NCBI GenBank assembly: GCA_905331295.1
Contig: CAJNYD010000020.1
Span: forward strand, 124,001 to 188,000
Source: Rotaria socialis
Taxonomy: Eukaryota
DNA: 64,000 nucleotides
Direction: 5' to 3'
In this document: positions 52,900-64,000 of the stretch, in pieces
How positions within the stretch are numbered: position 1 is the first letter of the stretch
Layout of the letters: every line of letters starts with the position of its first letter
The notes under the pieces: generated by a model
Told to the model about the DNA's origin: nothing
Database searches by the model: none
Seen by the model: only the letters and a program-made list of their open reading frames with translations
Made by a program: the position numbers and the translations under genes

Positions 52900-54167
52900 T
52901 AAGTACAAAAGGACTTCAGTACAAAGTACATAAGTACAGTACAAAGTATAATTTTGAAGTACACAGTATTTTTACCTGTACTTCATATACTAGTACTCTT
53001 CCAATCACTGATTTATAGTGTAAAATTCATTTCATTAGTAGAAGCATTAATTTAATTAGCTATGAATGACAACACTAAAAATGTTAATATTATTATAAAA
53101 TAACAAACTCGATCACAATTTTACAGTGAAAATAGAAAGAATAATAATTTGCATAACTTATTGCAACTGCAACTAATCGGTACGTCTATTTTCGTTCGAG
53201 CGGTGTCATTTTCGTATTGCCGTAAACATAAAAGCAAATGTACATACAGCTAATCGTTTTAGGAATGTGGAGAAATTGCAGCATAAAATGCACGCCGATA
53301 AACAAAATGGTAATACTAGCACTTTGTGACAAAATAACAATATTATATTTCGCAGTATGCTTTGAAAGCAACATTAATGAATTTGGTTATAGTTCATACA
53401 TATATAAATAATCTAATTTATATCAAAAATAGATGATGTGATCTATTTTTTAAATGAGTACTAATTTTAATTTATATTGTAATGTGATGCCAAATACATC
53501 GGATATGGTTTTTCTTATAAAATACTAATCATTATTTCTCATGTGATTCGTTGAGTAAAAGAAGGGTTATTTGGTATATTTATTGTTTACTTTCATGTTG
53601 AGAAACACATAGGAAACTATGAAATCCCTCGACCATTATGTGAGCTAATAAAATGCAGCTTTTTGTACTATGGCAATAAATCAAATTTGATTATTTTGTT
53701 TCGAAAATTTCTTTTCAGGAGCGTTATTTGAGATGAGCACAATGATGAATAGATAGATACTCCAGATTTATTTCTTCTACTAAAGTCTTTGTTTTGCTAG
53801 TCTAAGATACATTAGTTCGGTCTTGATAAGATTTTGATAATTAGTAGATTTTATTTCAAGAGAAATGAAGGAAAACAAAAATGGATTCTATGCCAAAGAT
53901 AAAAAAAAGGAGCCAGAATGTTTCTGAAATTCTAATAATATTGACGAGCAAGGCTATTATTATAATTATCGTCGCTAATAGTCGAAGTAGGTTGCAAGTC
54001 ATGGCATATCAGAATAGGGAAAATAATGTCATTTATTTAATTTACTGGCTTATGAATCTATTTTAAATGATGAAGTTTTATGAGAAAGACCTGAGGTTAG
54101 CACAAGGCCGCTGTCATTGGTCTTGTGAAATTTATAGATTAGAAAAGAAGATTGAAGTTCCAATACA

Positions 54168-54210
54168 AGAGAGAGAGAGAGAGAAAGAAAGAAAGAAAGA
54201 AAGAAAGAAA
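54168..54210. repeat. (GA)n(GAAA)n microsatellite
   Basis: Direct reading. Confidence 0.85.
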
Positions 54211-54660
54211 ATAACTACTTAGTATATAAGTAAATTATTTCTATAGTCTCTGAAGAGTGGAGTCGAATGGAAGAAAATAGCTTCAGTCGTCGCACGCATC
54301 TATTTTAAATACTTTAAACAACATCATGCAACAGTCATGCGGTGCAATTTGTTTACCTGCGTTCTTTTCTATTTGATAAAATCTCTTCTAGAAACGCATT
54401 TTAAGATTTATACATAAGGGTGACTCTCCTTTCTTTTTTGTAAAAGTACGTTTCGTTGACGACTAAAATCAATCATAAATTTCTTGATTATTTTTGTTGT
54501 TTTAATGTCTTCGTTCGTCGTACCCAACGATGGAATTGTAAAGTTCTTTTTCGCACTAAGTTCGAATAATTAAATATTGAAAAAAGTGCTTTTTTTCTCG
54601 CAGATTTATTTCACTTGTTTTTTTCTTCTTCTCAATTGATTATTATTTTTATGTAAGACA

Positions 54661-57136
54661 ATGATGAATCAAGAAGATGAAGAAAGAAGCGCGTCTAATC
54701 AACAGTTTAGTCAAACAATGTAAGAACTTTATTTTTATTAACTAATTTACCCAAACGAATACAATTAGGTAATAATTAGTTCCAAGAAACGAACTAAAAA
54801 TAGTTGCACTGGTAATCGAAGAAAGTGACCTATATGCTTTTATCGTTTTCTGCTGGCTCGTACTATCTGGCCTTTACGCTATATGGAAAAAGAAACGAAA
54901 GATCTACTTCTCTTGTTTTCTGATTAAAACAGAGCTATTAATAGAGAAACGGGCGAATGAGATATTTTGTTATTTCTTCTTACTTTCTTTTGCAAAAACT
55001 CCTTCATTTATCTAGTGTAGAACAAGAAATGTAGATTTTTCCTCGAAGGAAAACGCTTAAATATTTAAATATAGATGAGAACAAGAAAGAAGTTATTAAA
55101 AAAGAGAATAAAAAAGTGCTACTAGTTATATGAACCCGAGGTAGAATAATGAAAAAAGACGGAGAATAATCATAATATATATATGCGTTCTTGACTAACG
55201 ACTGTAATAGAGCTTCGGACGAAAGTTCATCATCTAGACTTATTTTAGTTTCTAGGTTTTTTCATTTCTTTTATCTCAACAACAGTTTTTCATCGTCTCT
55301 GTGATAGTAATCATAAAATCAGGTTTGCAAAACAAAATATCCATTCTAATGATAAAGAGTGACAAGTTTTACTTGATCTTCTTACGAGTTTTCCAGAATA
55401 ACAAAAAAATATTTTTCGCACATCTATTTGCATATGACGACTAATTTACAATGGTAAGCTAAAATAAATATTTAAAAACTCAGAATAAATTATTGATAAT
55501 ATTCATATTAAAATTCTACTCCATTAAACTAGTTTTCCATGTCAGCACGTGTGATAGAAAGAACTTCTTTATTATTAGCAGGTCAACTAGAAAATATATA
55601 TTTCCTGATTTAAAAAAAGATTTCCATGTATTCTTTGCTAATGTAATTCCAGTTGACATAATAATAGAATCTAAAAATGACGAGGGATGATAGCATGCTT
55701 TTGTTTTGATACGGCCGAAACTTGAAAGTTCAAAATTTATTTACTTATTTCTAAATGGAATGAGAAAAAAAAAGTTGAAATTTTTTTCATTCTTTTAAAA
55801 CCAAATACTCAACTTGTTTATTTTTTATTTTTTGTTTTTGATGAACTTGAGAAATGAAAAAAAATTGGCTTTTTAATTGTTGTACTTCAGATTAAACCAA
55901 ACCTCTGATAGAACAATGAAACGTATGGCAATGCCGCTACCATCGTCAGCATCATCGAATCATCTAAGTAGCCATTCTATGATGCCAGATCTTCTATGGA
56001 TAAGTAAACAACAGCAGCAACATCCATCAACTCTTGCGCATCCATTACGCAATACTATACGTGTAAGTTCGAATGGTATACGTCATAAATTTGATGGTAA
56101 ACAATGGCGACCATTATGCGAATCACCTGACGGATTTGAATGTCGAAACTTAGTGTTTCGTTCAGCATTGTGTCAAAAGCATTTTTATAAATTACATCAA
56201 TTTAAACGACCTTGCGGGAAAAGTGGATCAATATCATCATCATTACCCAGTATGGTACCCCATTCATTGAAACGATCATTACCAAGCTCATTTGAAAAAC
56301 AGCAACATCATCATCATCATCATCATTCTAAGAACGACCATCATGATATTGAAAATGAACATGAAAATATTTATAAAGATGATGATTCAATTGAAGTTCT
56401 TGAAAATAATGATGTAAGAAAAAAGAGTTTATTGAAAAAATTAATTGAACTAATATTTATATTTCTTCAGCCGATGACAACAAAACCAGAACGTAGTGAA
56501 TTAAAAAATCACTCACAACCTGAACATCATTATTTTTCGATTGCTTGTGATCCACAATTGGCCTCCGATACTAATGATATAACTCATGTTAAACCCGAAC
56601 CAGTAAGATTTAGTTTTCATTCATGCACCATATAAAAAAGCTATCTTTTTGTTACGTTTTAGTTACCACAATGTAAACTATTAAATGCAATCAATAATAA
56701 TTCTGTTCTACCGAATGAATCAGAAAATTCATCTGTAAATATATCACTACCAAAAGTAGCTGAATCAGTACGTCTTGGTTTACCACCATTAACACGTACG
56801 GAAGAAAAATCTTTGGCTTATGAGCTTATAGCACAGTTACCAGCAGACGCAACTGTAGCCATCGCTGAGCATACGGCACGTCGTCGAGCTTGTGAAATAG
56901 TTCTTGATAATTATTCTCATCAATTATCACCAATAAATATAACACCTGAATGGTTTTATGATTTTCTTTTAAGAAATCCACGTGTACCAATACATTTTCA
57001 ATCATGGTTTTCATCTGTGAAATCAAATTTTCCACCAACGGATCAATTGATTGATATTAAAATATGGGAACTTGGACTGGTTACAAGATCTATAATGTCA
57101 CCGTCTTCAGTCCCAGCGAGTTCGTCTTCGCCTTGA
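54661..57136 (+). CDS. Putative nuclear regulator: Capicua-N-terminal-like C3H zinc finger, poly-His, C-terminal CENP-B-type HTH-like domain; 4 exons
   Basis: Exons 54661-54719, 55891-56413, 56471-56602, 56663-57136 join in frame. Motifs NGIRHKFDGKQWRPLCESPDGFECRNLVFRSALCQKH and LTRTEEKSLAYELI..ARRRACEIV..ITPEWFYDFLLRNPRV. Confidence 0.75.
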
Positions 57137-58671
57137 CCAAATTTCATTTTTTGTTTTGTTTATATTTTATGGTAACCGTGTCTTTTATTTCTTGTATTGG
57201 GCTAAAAGTCAAAAAACAAATATATGTATATATATATATATATATATAAATATTAAATATAGATATATGTTTGTGAATATAATATAAAGATTTCTTTTAC
57301 TACCTGATCAAAACTAGTCAAACAATTATTCATACTGGGAACAAAATCCGTGTCATAACCATTGAGAGTACCGATGAAAAACTCTTTTGTGAAAAGTATG
57401 ATAAGAAATACAGAAGTTGAAATAGTATTCGATAGCAATGATTGATAGATCAAATTTAAGATTTGTACATTCACCAGAATCAATAAACTATCGAGATATA
57501 TCTTATTTCTCTATAACACAACTGTCAGTGTAAAAGGAAAAGATTGAGAATATATTATGTTTATCAAGATTCTATTAGAATAGCCTGTCATAAAAGATTT
57601 AATATAACGCGTACATTGCATAAATAATTATTCTTTATTAGAAAACGTTTTCTCCCAGTGGCGATTGCATTTATCGTTATTGACGTAGATATCATATCAA
57701 TAAGTGACAGCGAAAAAAAAAGTTTGTTCACATTACTAACAGGCACACAAATAAAAATAGGATATAAAAGATTTGATCTACCAGTGCGTTACGGTTCGAT
57801 TATGAGATGATATGAATAAGAATTAGTTCGGTCAGTGTGTTTTTTAATGATTTACAAGATAAATTCATTTATAAGAAACTTTTCACTACGAAATTCTTTT
57901 GTCGTTTAGAACAAAATAATAATTCTAGCTTTATTTTATGATTTTCAGTTTATTATTGAAAAAATTCTCAGAACTAAATATTACGTTGGAATAATGATCA
58001 TCCCTCGATATTAATGAATTATGGAATAAATTTATCTTATCTAGGAAACACCACACCCTCGTTTCATACAACTTAGGTATTCATTTTGCTTTAGAGTAAA
58101 TTTTCTTAGCAGAATCCAGAGCGTTCCATGCACCATCATGAATATCTGTTTCTACAGTTTTTACAATAGGATTTAGTTTCTTGTGCTGTTTCATTGCCAG
58201 TCAAACATTGATTTTTATGCACTATTAACTTACACCTATTCTCTAGTTTTTACCATGCATTACTCATACTATATTTCATCCTTTTGTTTATTATCTAAAT
58301 ATAGAAATTGTTCTTTTCCGAATCAAAATTATTCTCTGGATCAGTTTAATTTGGCAACGACATTTCCTGATGTAGTTCATTTGCATCCGTGTGTTGCAGT
58401 TGCTCGAAATGTCTCTTTGTTTAAACTCGATGAACAACATGACACACTATTTTACAGTAAAAGAAGATAACTGTTTAAAAGAATCTGTTCAATATAATGC
58501 AATTCAAAATCTATAGTGTTAATATAAACACACATGTCGAAGAATGTTTTACTCAATGCTTGCCAATTAACATTTGTTGCATAGGAAATTGTAAAATACA
58601 GTAAAAATGCTTTAAAAAAATTATTTGGTGAATTCTTTTATGCTATTTTTGAAAACATTCTATGAAGTAGT

Positions 58672-59043
58672 TAGCGATGTAACAACACCATTTGGAGGCA
58701 TAAAGATTGCCAATTTTCACGATGAAAATCTACCAGTACCAACCAATACTTCGCGTTAGTTATAACCAGCGAAGTTAGCTCTATCTGATAGGAGTATATA
58801 AAATGCCAATACCAACAGAAAAGATTCTCAGTATTGGTGAGTATTCGTGAAAACTACCGTTATTTTACCATCACTCACCAACACTGAGAATCTTTTCTGT
58901 TGGTATTGGTATTTTATATACTGCTATCAGATAGAGCTAACTTCGCTGGTTATAACCAACGCAAAGTATTGGTTAGTACTGGTAGATTTTCATTGAGAAA
59001 ATTGGCAATCTTTGTGTCTCCAAATGATATTGTTACATCTCTA
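58672..59043. mobile_element. Palindromic hAT MITE (372 bp)
   Basis: Perfect 8-bp TSD GAAGTAGT (58664-58671, 59044-59051); termini TAG(C/A)GATGTAAC; arms of about 170 bp are imperfect inverted repeats. Confidence 0.92.
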
Positions 59044-61094
59044 GAAGTAGTTCAATTAGCGATTTCAGATTGTCAGATCACTGTGCAACAAAATGCATCT
59101 TGAATAAATGAATTTTGAACTAAAATTTTGTTCATAGAGAAGCATGCGGCTGTTAGAGATTTCTTCAGTTTTTTGAGCGAGAGTAAATATAATCGTGTCA
59201 CGCCATTCATATATTAGCTAAAAATTTGTTTTTGATTCGTTTCAAATGCAGAACATTTTAATTAAATAGTGACACATCGGCAATTCTCTGAGAACTTCTA
59301 ATTACTATCAATACTCTATATGAACGTCGTATTAGCTCTAAATCTGTTTATTCGTATTCTCAATAACACAATATTCGTAAAGAAAAACATCAGCCAAACA
59401 CTGCTAGAAATTTTATTAGTCTCGCTTAGAAAGACTTGGAATAGTTCGGAAATTTTTCTCGCAAGAGACTTACAAGTTCCTCGTTTGAGAGAGTGCATAG
59501 AAATAAACACAGTCACGTGGAACCTTAAACAAGATAGTACACAGTAGCACGACAGCGTACCCTTGAGAGAAGTCTATTACTATGATGTATTGGCAAATAA
59601 AATACATTTCTAAATATGTACTGCTAGTAAAAACTTCAAATTTCATATGTTATATTATACAAGATCTTATATTTTTGAATGATACTTGGATGCTGCTTTC
59701 CGGTGAAATGTACTACAGAGTTGGTTTAGTTTTTCCTTCTAAATATTACTTCAATGATCCTATTTTTGAAGAGTTTCTTAAAATTAATCGCTGCATAAAT
59801 TGAAAACTATTATAATCATTCAATATTTTATTTTATAGATGAACTCGAGTTCACATTTGATAGTATCATTGCTAGTCTACATCATGCATTAGTGTTCAAT
59901 GGTCTATATCAGTGCTATAAATTATAATTGTATTCAATTAGCAGTACAAGATAATAATAAATATACATATAAGTGATTTTCATTAGAAGTATCATGTAGT
60001 GTATTTTTATTTTTTCGAATTCTCGTGAATGACTTTCTGATAAATTCAAAACAAAAACGAAATCTTTTTCGTTCTAATCTTAAATAATTGGCAACTTAAT
60101 TAGCAATTTTCATTGCAATTTGACACATTCTACTCTGCAACCTATGACACAGCAAAAAATTATGAAAACTTAGTAGTGCTTTAAACATATTTTTTTCCGC
60201 AGTTAGATGTTCGAATTATTAAGCTAATAAATATATTCATATTTCAGCTTTATAGGTTGTCTTAGAGATCGTAAAAATTACTAATTACATAGCCTTCTGG
60301 AAATACTCGGGAGACACTCATTTACTAGATAAATGCTTCTCTCAAAATGTGTTTGTCTTTAAAAATGAACATATGAAACGGTTTACTAGAGTGCTATTAA
60401 TGAGCCCAATAAAAGAAGCTGTATAAAATGAAAAGCTTTGACGAGTATAAAATTAGCTCGGTATCAGTTGGTTCAAGCCTTTTGTTTTCTACAGAATTAA
60501 AATGTAAAAAAATGCTCTAATTCAAGATATAATCATCAAGAAGATGAACAGAAAGAGTTTATTAACAAATATTCTATAATTACAACAAGCGGTTAGATTT
60601 TGGTACAACTTTAAGAATAAAAACAGCAGAGACAGCGGATAGTTACTCATGCCAGTATCGTGCTACTTTTATGTGCACTGTTGTTTTTGCTAGTCAAATT
60701 TTGACACATAATAGCATGACAAAAAATTAACGATGGGCTTCAAATAAACCAACGGAGAAAATATTGAAATAATGACATATAAACAATTAATCCATATTAG
60801 AATTGAGATTAATAAATATGATTTTAATGATATTTTTCGTCTAAAAAAGAAGAGGAAAAACTCAATGGATCGATATCAAGTTATTTACTTTCTGGGGTAA
60901 ATTTTAGATATCACATAACGTATAAAAACCTAGGAGAATAGTCTGGAAAAAAATTAATTATTATCAGCGAATCGTTGCTGAATGCAATAATTCAACGATT
61001 TTGTGAGAATCACACCAAATGTTCTTTTTTAAATCAGTATCATACTTGCAACTAAATCAATATTCACTTTATCTAAACTACACAGTGAAATAAC

Positions 61095-61778
61095 ATGCAC
61101 GTCTTTCTATTTTTTTTGATTGCTGCCTGTACAGCTTTTCAAATTACTTATGCTGCATCCGGTATATCTATATGAATTTTTATTTTAATAACTAATTTTC
61201 TTTGGCAATTGCTTTTACCATAGATTGCAAAGCATGTCAATTGGATGAACACTTCAGTGACGCAAATGGTTATAGTTGTTTTCATTTAAATAATGGCAAA
61301 GTTGCTTGTACTTGTCCTGATCAACGTTATACACTGGATAAACCTTGCCGTACGATTTTTAATTTATTCGGCTCATCTAATTTCTTGTAAAAAATCTCTT
61401 TAGGTATATGCGATCGTGCGAACATCTGTGGTGATAATCCAAGTAACTTATGTTCTGAAATATCAGCAACGGTCCCAGCTGCCCAAGACAATGCGAAAAC
61501 AAATTTTGGTTGTTTCTGTGTTGACATGAGTTTTTATTTCGGTGAACCTTGCCCATCAAGTAATGTTTCCATCGTTTTAATTATGTCATTACGACTCTTT
61601 TTTTCAATATTTTCTAGGTCCTGTAACATCGACAACGACCACGGGATTCTCAGCTACTACACCAATATTGACTACTACACGGTTGCCATTAGCTACAACA
61701 ATATTGACTACTACACGGGTGCCATTAGCTACAACAATATTGACTACTACACGGTTGCCATTATCTACAACAGCATGA
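61095..61778 (+). CDS. Small secreted protein with two EGF-like Cys-rich modules and a Thr-rich mucin-like tail; 4 exons
   Basis: Signal peptide MHVFLFFLIAACTAFQITYA; C..ACTCPD..PC and CFCVD..GEPCP modules; three 36-bp repeats encoding ILTTTR(L/V)PL(A/S)TT; short GT-AG introns. Confidence 0.75.
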
Positions 61779-62139
61779 ATTAATATACAATTGGTACCTT
61801 CTACAACATCGGAAACTAATAATTAAAGAAATCAAATACCTATCAAAAAAAATGAAAGGTAAAGCTTTGACATGATGTTTTTATGTTGTCAATAAAAAAG
61901 AACCTTGAGTTGAAATTCAATTCTTTCTCTCTTTTTTTTGCGTTTATATTTTTAAACGGAAGAATAATTAAATCACTTAAAGAAATGCGAATGCTATGTT
62001 TGTCGGCTTCTAAACATTTTCAATGGTCGTTTGAATGGTCGGCTGCTTTCTAACGAAAATATAGAGTAAACAGTGTGTGAATTTGTGTATTTTAATACTT
62101 AACTAACGCAGTAGAGAACGATCACAAATAAAAATCATT

Positions 62140-64000
62140 ATGGCAGCATCACGAATAAGTAGCTTTACAAATCTGTCGCCAAGCATATACGATCGTCGTC
62201 AGGTACAAGCACGGATACGTGCTCTTCAGCAGCGAGCAAGTAAGTGTTCAAAATAATTATCACACACAAAAAGAAAATAATCAATTAATTAGGTTGTTTG
62301 TTTGAGTAAAAAAATTGTTACTAGAAAAAAAATTATTTAGCCGAGCATTTGAGCTATTCAAACAAGCGTACATATTAAACATTAACGTTTTATTTGTTCT
62401 TATTCTTTTAAATAACTCATCAATTGTTATTAAAGTCAAAGAAAACAGCCGCGAGCGAAGGTGGGATGTAAAACTTCAATTTTCTTTTATGCCTCAATAA
62501 ATTATTGAATCATATTAAAATGCAAGTTATACGAAGAACAAAACTTTTTCTTGCAATGATTAGATAAACTAGGGGAAAAAAGATAACGTTGCACTGTTCA
62601 GCGATCTTATATACAGTGAAATAGCCTAATGATGAATGTGTAGATGATGAGAAAATCGTATTGATCGGAGATTTGTGTCGGTATTTTCAACCCAGGACGT
62701 CATTGAAAATAATTGTCGATTTTCAGAATCTAAAAATCTGAGGTTCGAGTTTCTCGCTTAAATAAGTTTCATTGCTCAAGATGGAATCCCGTGTTAAATA
62801 ACTCAAATATTTTTTTATAATAAATTTCTTGCAATTGAAAAAATTTCAAAATCAACACACACTGATGAGCCAATGTTAAAATTAAATTCCTATGTGAAGT
62901 CTAGAATTTTGATTTTTTTCCATACAAATAGAAAATTGAAAACAAAAATTGCTTGTAAAAATTAGATGCATTGTATGAAGAATTATCTCGTTCATCATCA
63001 AATGCTAAAACAGCTGGCGTTGATATCGAACGAGCTTATATGGCAATAACACATGAATTTCGTGAACAGCGTGATCAGCTTTTACGACGTCTTCATCATG
63101 TAAAAAAAGATATCAAAGAGTAAATTAATAAAAAACAAAAAAAATGCTTCAATCTGAAACATATTTCTCTAGATCATCCGAGGAACTCGATGGTATACGT
63201 ACAAGCTTACATACCGCGCAATCATTTCATTTACCAAAAATGTAAAATTTTATTTATTTTCTTTTTTATTTCTAATTATTTAAAATTTAAAAAACCAACA
63301 TCAGTTCACCAAGATATTCAGTTGACTTGGAAGCATACGAAATGAATGCTATGGTTGATGATATCGAACGTGTACTCAATAAAGTAGCACAACAATTGAA
63401 ACGAGTAAATATATTCCTATTATTTTTCATATTTATTAGTAGAATAGTTTCATTTTATGCCATCGTATGGTCATTCTATGGGTAAAAAACTGGGTACACT
63501 AAACAGTAAAACTGTGGCACGCGAAGGAACGGGATTAACATCATATGGATCTTTTGTTAAGGAATATCCTACAACAAATGTTTATATTCATAAACTTTAT
63601 ACAGTTGATTTAGATATATCTGCACAATGGGTTATATCATCTATAGATAAACGCATATTTTTATGTGATATTGAAGGCGAAATACGTATATTTTCGTATT
63701 CACGTCATTTACATCGGCAGCCTTTGTTAACAGAACGTTTTCATCTATCGAATATACGTTTAATATCATTATTTACAGCTACGAAAGATTATTTAATTGC
63801 ATTTGAAATTGATACACAAATTTTAAGTTTACATACACATCATGGAGCCTTACTGATACGTTTATATTTTCCGTACGATCCAATTATGATGACTCGTTGT
63901 GATTATTATATGAAAAATCAAATATGGGCATGTAGTCGTAATAAACGGCAATGCTCTCAATTTAGTCTAAATCACACAACAAAACAAGTTTACGTTTTAG
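62140..64000 (+). CDS. Multi-exon gene truncated by the window end: N-terminal coiled coil, probable beta-propeller-like C-terminal region
   Basis: MAASRISSF..QVQARIRALQQRA|NALYEELSR..IERAYMAITHEFREQRDQLLRRLHH; later exons with beta-strand-like WVISSIDKRIFLCDIEGEIRIFSY and QIWACSR; canonical splice sites. Confidence 0.65.

Noticed and set aside
1..64000. tRNA/rRNA genes, telomeric repeats, retroelement ORFs
   Set aside because: None recognisable by eye; covariance-model and HMM searches would be needed to exclude small or degenerate cases.

Overview
AT-rich eukaryotic (animal) genomic DNA with many ~55-70 bp GT-AG introns. The mix of short introns, metazoan genes and foreign-looking metabolic genes suggests a bdelloid rotifer, but this is an inference. 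Supported host genes: a 6-exon secreted unknown protein, a small protein with a mitochondrial-type presequence and an in-frame stop, a sterol-desaturase-family gene, KLHL20/diablo, a three-domain serine protease, a histidine acid phosphatase, a Na/K-ATPase beta subunit, a putative transcription factor (Capicua-like zinc finger plus CENP-B-type HTH), a small EGF-like/mucin protein and a gene running off the right edge. The most striking item is a highly divergent phosphoenolpyruvate-carboxylase (PEPC)-like gene (15257-18866); PEPC is not part of the normal animal repertoire. Its active-site motifs are altered, and it is split by an 838-bp PIF/Harbinger-like insertion (TAA duplication) that could be spliced out in frame. 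The window also holds an apparently intact 5.7-kb CMC/EnSpm transposon with a BEN-like accessory gene and many non-autonomous TIR elements (CCCAGG-ended, hAT with 8-bp TSD, piggyBac-like with TTAA). Three single Ns (5814, 9125, 41688) mark probable scaffold joins. All family assignments come from motif recognition by eye, not database searches.
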